From: Candidatus Peregrinibacteria bacterium
GTDB taxonomy: Bacteria; Patescibacteriota; Gracilibacteria; UBA1369; LOWO2-01-FULL-3
Assembly: GCA_030592015.1 (NCBI GenBank)
Contig: JAUUZY010000005.1
Location: 400-64,399 of the forward strand
Reading direction: 5' to 3'
Length of the DNA: 64,000 nt
Shown: piece by piece, positions 23,501 to 29,735 of the stretch
Numbering within the stretch: the stretch's first letter is position 1
How the letters are laid out: every line of letters starts with the position of its first letter
The notes under the pieces: model-generated
What the model saw: only the letters and a program-made list of their open reading frames with translations
What the model was told of the DNA's origin: nothing
The model's database searches: none
Position numbers and translations under genes: made by a program

Positions 23501-26500
23501 ATAAACAAGACTGGAGATATCTTTGTAGAGATCAGGTTCAACCTTCAAAGTGATATCGGAATCAAAAGAAGTTAATTGATGTGGAATAGTATAAGTAGAT
23601 TCATGGGACAAAAGTTTTCTGGCAATCTCATCCATATTTTGACTTGGAATTCCATATTGAATATCGGCCTCATCAAAGTCATACCATTTTGTTTCATAGA
23701 CTCCATCCTCATTTGTGTCACGCCATTCATAGTCCACGATCCCATTAGCATTGTTGTCTATTCCATCAAAAAGTCCATAACGATCAGAAAACTCCTTCAA
23801 GCTAACAAGCTCACCATCACTAGCATTTAGAACAACATCACTAGCATTGTATTCATCCAAACTGAGCCAAACATCCTCAATGTCAGGAGAAACATCAGCA
23901 TCAGCTGCATTCGGAACAGGCTGAGTAATAAACTTTCCAACAGCTTTCAGATATCGCCCATACAAATCAATTGAAATATTGTATCCCTCAAAATCAACAT
24001 CGACAAGGGGACCAAAATCAAACTCGCTAGGCGGATTCAGCGGGTAGTCATAGTAATTCGAATCACTGGCAAGGCTTCCAACAGAAGGAAGACCCGAGTA
24101 GCAAGAATCAAAATAAACATCATCAATATCTTCATAGCTATACTCATCCGGGAATTGGAAAAGATCCATATGGTCATCGTAGTCAGCAGGGTTAGACGAA
24201 TTCTGATTGCCTTCCTTTTTTACATTTTCAGGAAATTTTAATTGGAACTCATCTTCACCGGGAATCTCTACCTTCAAAGGTGCAACACTTCCAGCAGGGT
24301 CGGCTATAGGCATAGAAGCAAGCTTTGGGAAACAGCGATCACTATTTTTCCCAGCAGAATTTTGAGAACAACCGGCATAACTGTCATAGCCCTTATTCCC
24401 ATATCCTCCACGCTCACTACCGGCTTGACGCATATCATTGATAGTGAAAATCGCACCATCACTACCGGACCTAAAGCTAAAGAAACGATCATCCTGAAAG
24501 TCAAATCCTTCAGGATATCCAATATCTGAGAGAAGAATAAATACTCTAGGTGCATTATTCATAAATCCGGAACCAATTGCTCCTTCGGCAGAAGTTAGTC
24601 CACTCTTATTCAAAGTAAAACTAAAGTTATCTTCCATCAGCTCTCCATCCCTATAGAATTCAATTCCAATATTGGCTTTGGTAGAATTTATATCTCCATT
24701 TTCCAAAGCTGCCATTTTTGATTCACCTACAGGAACACCAAACATTGGACCTTCAGCATCCATACTTACTTCATAGGCAAGATCGGGAATACTGCTCAAT
24801 TGATCGTTGTTAACCGCAGATATAAACCTCTGAACATCTCTATATGACCTTTCAATCGCCTGATCAAACGACCATCGATAATCAATCGTTCTATTATTTA
24901 CACGCACAATCAGGTCACCCTCTTGCAATATTCCCTCAAGTGGATTGCTATAATTAGCATAAAGATGATTATGGGTAAAAGCCGGAACTCCACGATTAAG
25001 ATCATTTTCAATATAAGCACCGGGAACAGACAGACCTGTAAGCTCATGAGCCTCACTTGCAGAAATTACTCGGGTATTCACTCCGCTAGTATGCACAGGC
25101 ATAGAAGTGGAAATGTTATCAGTCCTAAGGGCACGAGTAAGAATAGAATACTCACCATCAACCGCAATTGGGTTGAAATCAAGATTTTCATCGAAATATT
25201 CAGACTTGGTCGAACCAAGGAACACACTACATTGCTTTGGATTTTCCAGAAGCTCAGCATCAATTCCGTTTATGTAGAATTTCCCATTAGCCTCATTAAG
25301 ATAATGGAATCTATAGTCAGTCTGGAACACAAGAGGAATAGGGGAGATGTCATCAGACGCAAAATTAATGACAAAATCATCACTATCTCCAAAGTATCCG
25401 GATATCCTGGAAGACTCCAAAATAGGCAAAGGCTCATCAATAAGATCGATAATTTCCATAACTTTTTTCTCCACAGCAGTATTTACTTCCTTCAAGTATT
25501 TCTTGGAGAATTCGTCCTTGATAGTTATAAGAACGGCAATATTGTCCATATCATCAGGAGTATAACGACCGGTATTTTCCGCCCAATCATTCGACTGCGC
25601 CACATACTTACTAAAAATTTCATAATACGTAAGAAGAGACTGTTCTATAATTGTCTTAGTGAATACATCCGGAACACTGGCAAGCGCATCGTCACTTTGA
25701 AACGATCCCAAAAACTCGGCAGCATCCTCACTTGGAGGATCAATTGCCACCTCACTTGCAATATCCCCAATCAACTGCTTCGCCCAAAACTTGTTGTATC
25801 TGTTGTAGGCAAGGTGCTCAATATTATCTAAGTACTCTATATAGTGAGAATAAACATCAGGATTTATTTTTTCCTCCTCATGAAGAAGGTCAGCAAAGAA
25901 CATTTTCTTCTCAAATTCCGCAAAATCAGGATGCCCTTCATAGTAGAGGTGATTCTTATCAAAAAATGTAGCCAATTTCTCTTTTCCTTCCCTATCTTCA
26001 GAAGGAGCCCTGATTATTCCATGCCAAATCTCAGGCTTAGGGAAGTTACTATCAAAATTCCTCTCAAACGATTCCGATTCAGAACTATATAGATAAGCCT
26101 TGTCATCAAAGTCAGTATAAGGAAATAGGCTAATAAACTTATTCCCATCTTTATTTACAACAGGCATAGGAATATCACCCACCAATACAACCCCAGCCAG
26201 TCGATTATTCCCGTTGCCATCACCATTCTGGTAAAGGTTCTCCAATGCATTTGCTAAGTCCACCACAGAGTCTTCTTCCTTGTCATAAAAAATGATCTTC
26301 GCATCGGTGAGGTCATAATTTGAACTTATATCATCAGCATATCTCAAAATCCTTGCACCAAGTGTAGGGGCATCCAAGGAAGAATATTCATTCCCAAGCC
26401 CCACATAAGAACTGTCCCCAAGGCTATTGTCTACCACTATTGCAACCAGGTCATATACTATATCCGGATCATTTGGAGACTGAGCTTGAGCAACAGCAGC

Positions 26501-26620
26501 TTCCACATCTCTATTAAATGAAAAAGCATATGCAACAGGTAAAGGTACTGTTCCTGTAACAAGCATCATTAATACGAGAATTGAAGGGACGATTTTTCGC
26601 TGTATAAAGCTAAATTTCAT
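11582..26620 (-). CDS. Giant (~5,012 aa) secreted surface protein: C25-peptidase-like N-domain, PDZ-like segment, Ig-like (Big/invasin) domains, VVDGxG repeats, FG-GAP/VCBS repeats, DUF11-like domain, Cys-rich and Pro-rich core, PKD/FN3-like domains, SLH repeats, DxDxDG Ca-binding repeats
   Basis: Uninterrupted 15-kb ORF. Likely start MKFSFIQRK...PVAYA at 26620 (track starts at 26686). Motifs: GVVLVGDIPMP...PEIWHGII; LQEGDLIVRVNN; LSADGVDTVKVSV; DYNGDGSDDLL, DLNNDGFDDLIVG, DMNADGCEDLV; FNPQELVNRAEFVK, FKPENTITRAESVK; DTDGGGVNDGDE. Confidence 0.85.
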   Translation of the reverse strand: MKFSFIQRKIVPSILVLMMLVTGTVPLPVAYAFSFNRDVEAAVAQAQSPNDPDIVYDLVAIVVDNSLGDSSYVGLGNEYSSLDAPTLGARILRYADDISSNYDLTDAKIIFYDKEEDSVVDLANALENLYQNGDGNGNNRLAGVVLVGDIPMPVVNKDGNKFISLFPYTDFDDKAYLYSSESESFERNFDSNFPKPEIWHGIIRAPSEDREGKEKLATFFDKNHLYYEGHPDFAEFEKKMFFADLLHEEEKINPDVYSHYIEYLDNIEHLAYNRYNKFWAKQLIGDIASEVAIDPPSEDAAEFLGSFQSDDALASVPDVFTKTIIEQSLLTYYEIFSKYVAQSNDWAENTGRYTPDDMDNIAVLITIKDEFSKKYLKEVNTAVEKKVMEIIDLIDEPLPILESSRISGYFGDSDDFVINFASDDISPIPLVFQTDYRFHYLNEANGKFYINGIDAELLENPKQCSVFLGSTKSEYFDENLDFNPIAVDGEYSILTRALRTDNISTSMPVHTSGVNTRVISASEAHELTGLSVPGAYIENDLNRGVPAFTHNHLYANYSNPLEGILQEGDLIVRVNNRTIDYRWSFDQAIERSYRDVQRFISAVNNDQLSSIPDLAYEVSMDAEGPMFGVPVGESKMAALENGDINSTKANIGIEFYRDGELMEDNFSFTLNKSGLTSAEGAIGSGFMNNAPRVFILLSDIGYPEGFDFQDDRFFSFRSGSDGAIFTINDMRQAGSERGGYGNKGYDSYAGCSQNSAGKNSDRCFPKLASMPIADPAGSVAPLKVEIPGEDEFQLKFPENVKKEGNQNSSNPADYDDHMDLFQFPDEYSYEDIDDVYFDSCYSGLPSVGSLASDSNYYDYPLNPPSEFDFGPLVDVDFEGYNISIDLYGRYLKAVGKFITQPVPNAADADVSPDIEDVWLSLDEYNASDVVLNASDGELVSLKEFSDRYGLFDGIDNNANGIVDYEWRDTNEDGVYETKWYDFDEADIQYGIPSQNMDEIARKLLSHESTYTIPHQLTSFDSDITLKVEPDLYKDISSLVYHNEPTDYTISQQIKSMASFSLPIDSPRYLAFQAQPLPPTSDPEHPMDYPDPRPINDSIDVQAIVGSLRTTPHYYPGNTEKVIFPNSFRVENLSQLEADLDALAWRIALMPGSHTIPNPDVRPGDYRDIRDEIINNYFSIITRSQVDVPISGFNLETASTLKLHDAIGWLNLNIDDKHDYVLRKYLNPAPDETSFVVDSTMRPAPPGYSVKNGYESAYLVLDGEKDYFDMNFNKDIPEETDASFDPLSIYVSADGEGSGVETRDQGLSPDENDDDFVPLRDFMTETQEFIEALIALPLFITVWDDGLEFEESCGASQLFAEDDFSEDTEVITALPVSKLELTVDKPILSADGVDTVKVSVKGIDENGNLVGHTGNTEALTLTIDQDEDDPVLVFIDTNQKTFVGGEASFSLNSTNKSGEVTLYLGSESGLESNNVKVLSSNRKMEILSFTVYEAGLDEDDLEKINKLVADDELGFDPYAEYLATKDSDVSPEDVLGVADAGDGVVDGSGVVDGGGVVDGGGVVDGDGVVDGSGVVDGSGVVDGGGDVVDGGGVVDGDGVVDGSGVVDGGGDVDDGGEVVDGGGEVADGSGDVADGSGVVDGGDVVDGGGEIADGSRATDGGGATDGSDAVEYDEDGNIIILLSELVELDETTEDVLEEPVEEEIIVEDIVEEVTEEEDAHVETVAPDNWLRYYQWKDYQKNFLDSTVQSIGRTRPVAELFSDSMLALIPDSENPFIDAEKNPDSIYELEANIEMVADGQSLMMINVHLFDDLGEFDNSRTHQVEFSVISDVEDIVVFENGQVVQSENGVATVYLRAGTVSGDFALRAVVVGEPYPVLDRELSLVAGEPSQIEIKADSLVLVANEQSKTDLKLIVKDEFGNVADNTFAQIALFVEEGAHLDQISDINAALIGTQLGTFAGTADTVLFSEDDIIENLELFAVLLDYELETLLSEAGNDTSKIDFRDYVVAQETFDILDEVNLDINLIPGSDSSIMIRADLMSHGVRVDKYSGDIVIENINPNLGGFLGKSGQTIQKLEKKMVDGTLPEINAVFIPNNLAGDAEIVVDVPGFTTDSVTIKIEPGEPHRIELSASEDIVFSSGGDVQLEARILDRYGNLVVADNETLISFLPTTATEDFIEFTGARTALPLNGIATTTIKGSGISGKLNLVAESDWIMRDKISLDVRKRLDSDDVEGFAPRALYVSLLGGAFGNMFDENNLAETFLHAGDSQAVSSITASAEGDKLLIGVDGFGKIDLLSETVGMQVIQSTDSFPYQKVIFDDSVFGDELASMFMVPSDGTDLVLLEEEEKIEDEDGIYVERISFSDSNIEFVERNDAVFVENNGTVMLKVDSFGRITLNNESLEMRVPQQDIDGLESNDLAFAIYDRGEILTLITFKQSFENAVQIIPFADEATSFFPGIYVKLNTAADNFDFNSAFSRTSSDNPNGVYLIDKNSSLDAGRAPGFGQTSLEDVGSNSGLGFEGDNKHMLFFSAGNSVGESHIPYASEIGVIYGDPMIRLKLDGMVGLVSGLTGYTKDIGKPIFNGEQTIQQLIEFDYNGDGSDDLLLLYEDGLVRLLENEISNKRFRDKGYILKMSNGIFSATKIDLNNDGFDDLIVGTKESCNVDEVCMSQFINQGGSFEKESLELAINGKAYEMKSGDMNADGCEDLVTSDSAGNVRIFYNKVDGDSCIGLDTNHGNSWNFGFQLDPEVDISSTIFVNYPGMEQLSSTIPEYSDVEHTDTVEDNSGKFIQFTLPSDDPPVGNAEVEGYANAVTDLQNSLLNNENIATGDIPEQTYPKNYDFINIKQDVRFSRSTKSSVDVNGEVIALDDRVKYIITLNNNGGSNIVNMMLSDVSPPSMTLLEDTLQCMDSGCRDELEWAETGMSARSLVITGITVPAGGKRTISYSASVDRMPKVNFDIGNDFANYPLSALGHSYNNDPYLDLQIRPEINPSAELIYEYSIGVSNGRVNYLENRVSSEPTLEELFDEQAERTGGINPTDFDDVDPNSEEFQDRMSALMASQNADSDYDGSVDSWDDALGEYQDLSESIANGIKNVSTLLRCSGGGCLPIPYNRAFLAPDGPIPGIAAIAIGTPNPPYVMPFYPSNLTSSVRWYISPTLTGGLGTAICAGPNIGHMSPCYAAAVPVQAAGVCPDLLGPVNDAVAKAKSSNSNPDVGMSTIVSDGENSAGSDAINTSSNYSDPDSPLSYSSAVNIRIPGFPSVITNWLDNQTDEIFNKLLDLPDLYFIYPDVNSLISDHAVSLKNFDKNRGGFLSVHDFLRAVNSMPLFQIEGKEVFIRVPAISQAEVEKWKRQAVLWIEYEQEQIQKIEDYWTCNISEERRTLCDAVTLDMTELIKSVRAAMDKIDQISRLPKDILTWRNLEAKYATQLICYMDAIMNYTGGYISRQQKTIESWMRAIEDVIRTIRDWKLLLDLIVDYQVNCDQCKNDRFSKLGILLSFFAAIPDPPIIPMPKWPDIVFDISQVKAGIKIVWPDLVFKPEPIRLPDLPTITLPEISPELRLVVPGFDLPDWLDFPTFTLPDLPDLPPLPLPQLPDLPRPPKIPQLPDVIGDLIVNLKPIFAVLCLLKKGLIPVPEWGLATEIETLTQPSVQVVLPLIKNLGVQMPEIQYDYVEQIKITTKLDMGIETDFIYVILKNGADKFNEKVMDLVENVNTVSGKSWQKVLDDAVDTAFKKATETAIDVAVPLLEGVVDPITSPIEDAAEEVGADISGDAGAYLPPEIAKVEGYFNNINQSLNDYVDNMEQIDYPDTYYLTATQEYLDPSDPILNRTLAEVEADILLQDLPDTPEMRHMAELRDSLIAYTKGLDESNTVLGEIEDYNEFGRILVDNDQSVRQIVALSTSKMYEPVSTETTVESSFFGEAVEERLRDVSGVSDLDTSNLLAANIDFDVDDYLESDEAATVPVPIGFFVAVGNGSENVLNYTSELENEIHTLFNDVDGDSDFDIIFSMGGDVYLKENHTNEVDYPKGNLIGGISGGFGNNSVSDYVVDGGASVQGVISPSENHKKVDISWIAKKDAVAYEVFIGSTPDGNENTAVARYVAVADPDAEFPNAFVLELADPNNPSISIELENGNYYPKIYAINADGEKSLPSFTNVIAPQSCSDNDSPFPAVSQIEYDIPLFTELEIDASNSFDSSGEIVAYYLETLPYDPDGKRATELRQFFYSDINYAYDEDGDGIAINDRSNPRFRVGPFEYEGDIGQHKFLLHVVDQSGNSSAQEIKVNVSAPNITLDETLARTSIATGETLPNMPVTLMRKRLIYRVVAGDLKAVEKNQKIETMTSDENGKYLSDETGVYTVNDLSVRDMLLVENSAGEIIAEIHPDTANVENLMDGYFINVEEANPPGTVTRIEIVDANGTVYATIHVVADQNTDVVVLEEVDFEDNIFELATGVHVSDENITDRYSFVKFAADDPDYPGAAALMDVIEGKQIAIVDSAGNVIFLADGVELIKKANDHTADPLIYELIYNGKVVAEIYVSVISGKRRVKIVGPNDVPFAQAHIPPSSDFVKTSLSKKEFIDVDDELAAILKELQKKDIIEGRESEDGIIFNPQELVNRAEFVKTLLKMLCIIPRPESYELGTEFNDIQYSESDLVWYYPFVKEASLLGLIHGYQGEIDNATGKSPFKPENTITRAESVKIILEALELKGVLNLEGLNVGDPWYDPFMLAGQNLTPYMTGNAVLQNNFIITTEEAANPEQEMTRAELVTMVTRVLEAYNCFEIDDDNDGMSDFCEEKYDIQNPDLDVDFDGVSNTDECSYGLDPTDADSDKGGTNDGDELDLGTNPLDAYDDPSDIDDDGLTDSEETNLYGTDPEIADTDGGGVNDGDEVRNGTDPLDASDDPPDRDFDGLSDSEEINLYGTNPAVADTDGGGVNDGDEVHKNLTDPLDGSDDFSDGGVYQEGESGVYVVPPECNTCPCTASILHGADIIPGDIFFSVISTEDEKHWFSKSNEVTIETVKK
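11790..12310 (-). repeat. Tandem ~150-bp repeats encoding thrombospondin type 3-like (bacterial DxDxDG) Ca-binding motifs
   Basis: DGLTDSEETNLYGTDPEIADTDGGGVNDGDEV versus DGLSDSEEINLYGTNPAVADTDGGGVNDGDEV. DNA copies start near 11831 and 11981. Confidence 0.85.
21620..22015 (-). repeat. 18/21-bp tandem repeat encoding VVDG(S/G/D)G hexapeptides
   Basis: Plus strand shows recurring CCACCATCAACAAC / CTACCATCAACAAC units; protein reads ...GVVDGSGVVDGGGVVDGGGVVDGDG... Confidence 0.9.
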
Positions 26621-26750
26621 AGGTATGACTTGGAAGGTGAGGACACAATTTTCCAAGTATAAATTATAGCAGCTTTTACAGGGCAAAAACAGTTAGTCCA
26701 AGCGCCAAAATCGCTTTTGAATTGACAGGCTAGAGGGGGTGTGCCGTGAC

Positions 26751-26789
26751 TTATTTTACACGAAGAGCATAGCACCAAGTACCTGAGTT
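26751..26789 (-). pseudogene. Relic 3' end of a fourth pilin gene
   Basis: Reverse complement reads AAC TCA GGT ACT TGG TGC TAT GCT CTT CGT GTA AAA TAA = NSGTWCYALRVK*, matching the pilin end DSATWCYAVFVK*. Out of frame with the adjacent pilin and has no start codon. Confidence 0.75.
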
Positions 26790-26791
26790 AA

Positions 26792-27274
26792 TTATCTAAC
26801 AAGCACACCATAACACCAAGAGTTCTCATTGTTTTCGATAGGAGTGCCCATAGAACCCTCAGCTATATCACCACAATTTCCATTAGCAGACCCAAAAATC
26901 TCAACATTTACTCTAATAGAGAAAGAATAGTTGTTACCAGGGTTAGAAACATATTTGTAATCATGTCCACTAGGATCCATAGGAATTTTCCCACCAAAAT
27001 CAGAAAGGAAAGCCTCTCCCCAAGAGCCAGGTTCAGAGGCCGGCCAACCTGTATTCATATCTGGGCTGATCTTTCCAGATGCATTTGGGAAAGCATCATC
27101 AGTCTCTAGACCATAGTTCAATAAAACCATTTGAATTTTTTGTAGGTCAGAAATTCTCTGAGCATCACGTCCTTTAGCAGGAGCTCTAAGCAAGGTAGGA
27201 AGAAAAGCCACAGCCAAAATACCAATGATGGTAATAACTATAAGTAGTTCGATGAGTGTAAAACCTTTTTTCAT
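26792..27274 (-). CDS. Type IV pilin / pseudopilin (copy 3)
   Basis: Class III signal KKG|FTLIELLIVITIIGILA with E5; KGRDAQRISDLQKIQ; C-terminal Cys pair. Confidence 0.9.
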   Translation of the reverse strand: MKKGFTLIELLIVITIIGILAVAFLPTLLRAPAKGRDAQRISDLQKIQMVLLNYGLETDDAFPNASGKISPDMNTGWPASEPGSWGEAFLSDFGGKIPMDPSGHDYKYVSNPGNNYSFSIRVNVEIFGSANGNCGDIAEGSMGTPIENNENSWCYGVLVR

Positions 27275-27289
27275 TTTAAAGTATTAAAA

Positions 27290-27778
27290 TTATTTAACAA
27301 AAACTGCATAACACCAAGTCGCCGAGTCAGAAGAATTCTGAGTGCCCAAAACACCTCCAGATACAGAGCCACAATTTGCATTTGCATTTTCAAAAATCTC
27401 AACAGCCCCGGTTATGGCAAGGGAATATTTTCCTGAACCAGGCGAATTAACATAGTAATAAGATGATCCATCTGGTTTAGTAGGGATTGCACCTCCAAAA
27501 TCACTAGAAAATGCACCAGCCCAATCATCAGCAGGGGCTCCAAATCCGGTTGCAAGCCCCGGAGTTATCACTCCTGTAGTAGGATATCCAGATCCATTTT
27601 CGAGGTTATAATTAATAAGTACTTTTTGAATCTTTTGAACATCAGCCATTACTTGCGTATCTCGCCCCTTTACAGGTGCCCCAAGCAAAGTAGGAAGGAA
27701 GGCCACAGCCAAAATTCCAATGATAGTAATGACAATAAGCAGTTCGATAAGGGTAAAACCTTTTTTGGATTTAAACAT
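27290..27778 (-). CDS. Type IV pilin / pseudopilin (copy 2)
   Basis: KKG|FTLIELLIVITIIGILAVAFLPTLL; KGRDTQVMADVQKIQ; C-terminal Cys pair. Confidence 0.9.
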   Translation of the reverse strand: MFKSKKGFTLIELLIVITIIGILAVAFLPTLLGAPVKGRDTQVMADVQKIQKVLINYNLENGSGYPTTGVITPGLATGFGAPADDWAGAFSSDFGGAIPTKPDGSSYYYVNSPGSGKYSLAITGAVEIFENANANCGSVSGGVLGTQNSSDSATWCYAVFVK

Positions 27779-27811
27779 TTTTAATAGGAGTTAGTTTGAG
27801 TTTTCTACGAT

Positions 27812-27841
27812 ATTATATCAATGCGCCATAAACAAAAGCAA
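27812..27841 (-). promoter_or_regulatory. Putative promoter of pilin copies 2-3
   Basis: Minus strand TTGCTT - 18 bp - TATAAT with extended -10 (TGaTATAAT). Confidence 0.6.
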
Positions 27842-27847
27842 GAATAT

Positions 27848-27881
27848 AAAAAAGAGGGACGTCCTTTCGGCCGCCCCTCTT
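27848..27881 (-). terminator. Intrinsic terminator after pilin copy 1
   Basis: Minus strand AAGAGGGGCGGCC-GAAA-GGACGTCCCTCTTTTTT: GC-rich stem, GNRA loop, U tract. Confidence 0.8.
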
Positions 27882-27910
27882 CAAGCAGTTCTAAATTAAG
27901 CTAACTACTA

Positions 27911-28411
27911 TTAGTTAGACAAAAGAATATGACACCATAGAGATGCATCTCCACTATCGGTAGGAGCTACTATGTCACCAGCTGCAGCACCTACACAGGT
28001 TGTATTTGCATTAACAAAAAGCTCAACATCTGCCCAGATACCAAAAGTATAAGTTCCACTACCAGGTGCATCTATATAAGTATAAACCTCTGCATCTTGT
28101 GGCCCAGTTGGTAGTGTACCACCAAATTCAGGCGCGAAAAGAGCACCCCAAGTGTCACCAGAAGTCCCTGTAAAGAATAGTCCTGTTGCAATTGCACCAG
28201 CTTCAGTAGGATAACCATTACCACTTTCTAGGTCATAGTTAACCAAAACTTTCTGAATCTTTTGAAGATCAGCGATCCTCTGTGTGTCACGCCCTTTAGC
28301 TGGCGCTCCAAGCAGTGTTGGCAAGAAAGCCACAGCGAGGATACCAATGATCGTAATAACGATCAGTAGCTCAATAAGGGTAAAACCCTTTTTGTTTTTT
28401 AACATTCTCAT
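27911..28411 (-). CDS. Type IV pilin (copy 1; probable major pilin)
   Basis: KKG|FTLIELLIVITIIGILAVAFLPTLL; has its own promoter and terminator. True start may be ATG 28405. Confidence 0.9.
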   Translation of the reverse strand: MRMLKNKKGFTLIELLIVITIIGILAVAFLPTLLGAPAKGRDTQRIADLQKIQKVLVNYDLESGNGYPTEAGAIATGLFFTGTSGDTWGALFAPEFGGTLPTGPQDAEVYTYIDAPGSGTYTFGIWADVELFVNANTTCVGAAAGDIVAPTDSGDASLWCHILLSN

Positions 28412-28437
28412 AGGAGTTAAGAATTAAACTTTCCTTA

Positions 28438-28467
28438 ATTATACCAATTATCCCATACGAAAAGCAA
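28438..28467 (-). promoter_or_regulatory. Putative promoter of pilin copy 1
   Basis: Minus strand TTGCTT - 18 bp - TATAAT with extended -10 (TGgTATAAT). Confidence 0.6.
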
Positions 28468-28474
28468 GTGCACT

Positions 28475-29734
28475 TTAGATTGATCCAGCCAAATTGGACA
28501 ATTCCATGATAGGCAACATGATTGCGGCCACTACCGCACCTACTGTAATACCGATAATTATAAGCATTATCGGCTCAATGATTTTTGACAAACCTGCCAC
28601 GGTTGTATCAACTTCATCCTCATAAAAGTCTGCAACTTTCGCCATAATAGTATCAAGCTGAGCAGTACTTTCCCCAACTTCAATCATGCTCACCAGCATC
28701 GGAGGGAAAAGATCACTAGCAGTAATACTCTCTGCCAAAGGTATACCTTGTTTTATATCCTCAACGGAAAGCATTAATCTTTTTCTATAAACCTCATTAC
28801 CAACAGAGTCAGCAGTAATCTGCATAGTTCTTATAATAGTAACACTACTATCCAGTAGGTTACTAAGGGATCTAGCAAATCGGGACAGGTGAGACTTCTT
28901 TAGTAATGCCCCAAATATAGGAATGTTAATCTTTATCTTATCTATATAGTATCTACCACTCTCAGTTTTTTTAGCGATAATGAAAGTGAGAATTAGGCCA
29001 CCAATTACAGCGGCAATCTGTAACTTTCCATTAATCAATATATCACTCATCCCCACAACGATTCGTGTAATTAGAGGTAGTTCAGTACTGGTAGAAGAAA
29101 AAAGATCTGTTAATTGTGGTATTACAAACATCAACATTACGGCAATTACAGCAACCAGTAATGTAAAAATTACAATCGGATACATAAGTGCACTTTTCAC
29201 TTTTTTTCTGATGGTGCTTGATTTCTCAGTATCATGTGCAAGAACTTCCAATGTCTTACTCAATTGACCGGAAACTTCACCCGCCTGTATCATTCCAACT
29301 TCTTGCTCAAAGAAAACATCAGGAAAGGCAAACAAAGCTTCAGATAAACTTGAACCAGCCACAATTCTTCCCTCCAATTCATCAATTATCATCTTCATTC
29401 TTGGGTCTTTATTCATTTGTCTAGAAAGAGATTGAAGCGCCTTAACCATAGGAATTCCAGAATTGATCATCACGGATAGAAGGTGGAAGAAAGTCGCCTT
29501 AACCTGAATCTTTATCTTGGAATGTTTAACCATGTAAAAGTTAATCCTTTTGAAAATATCCAAGAAAGGATTACCAGTTCCCTCAAATTGAAAATCTCTA
29601 GCCTTTTCAAGCTCAATCCCTGTAGTAGACTCTTCCTTAATGTTCAGAATTACTCGCTTCTTTTTTTCCTGATCAACCTTGAAAGCTTCGCTACCATATG
29701 TTGAGAAATCCTTGTTTTCTTTTTGTTCTGGCAT
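28475..29734 (-). CDS. pilC: Type IV pilus platform protein PilC (T2SS F family)
   Basis: LSVMINSGIPM, AGEVSGQL, ALMYP, FPPMLVSMIEVGESTAQLD, IIEP. Confidence 0.92.
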   Translation of the reverse strand: MPEQKENKDFSTYGSEAFKVDQEKKKRVILNIKEESTTGIELEKARDFQFEGTGNPFLDIFKRINFYMVKHSKIKIQVKATFFHLLSVMINSGIPMVKALQSLSRQMNKDPRMKMIIDELEGRIVAGSSLSEALFAFPDVFFEQEVGMIQAGEVSGQLSKTLEVLAHDTEKSSTIRKKVKSALMYPIVIFTLLVAVIAVMLMFVIPQLTDLFSSTSTELPLITRIVVGMSDILINGKLQIAAVIGGLILTFIIAKKTESGRYYIDKIKINIPIFGALLKKSHLSRFARSLSNLLDSSVTIIRTMQITADSVGNEVYRKRLMLSVEDIKQGIPLAESITASDLFPPMLVSMIEVGESTAQLDTIMAKVADFYEDEVDTTVAGLSKIIEPIMLIIIGITVGAVVAAIMLPIMELSNLAGSI

Positions 29735-29735
29735 A

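Noticed and set aside
24923-25831. 302-aa plus-strand ORF, and the many other 60-215 aa ORFs antisense to or overlapping long genes
   Set aside because: They lie wholly opposite or inside well-supported genes, have shadow-like composition (I/S/F-rich) and no motifs.
11582-26686. Genetic code 25 (UGA=Gly) as in Gracilibacteria
   Set aside because: All genes, including this Gly-rich 15-kb ORF, are intact under code 11 with GGN glycine codons.
26621-26686. N-terminal extension MPCKSC... of the giant ORF
   Set aside because: It starts at a TTG and overlaps a TGcTATAAT promoter-like element; the signal peptide begins at ATG 26620.
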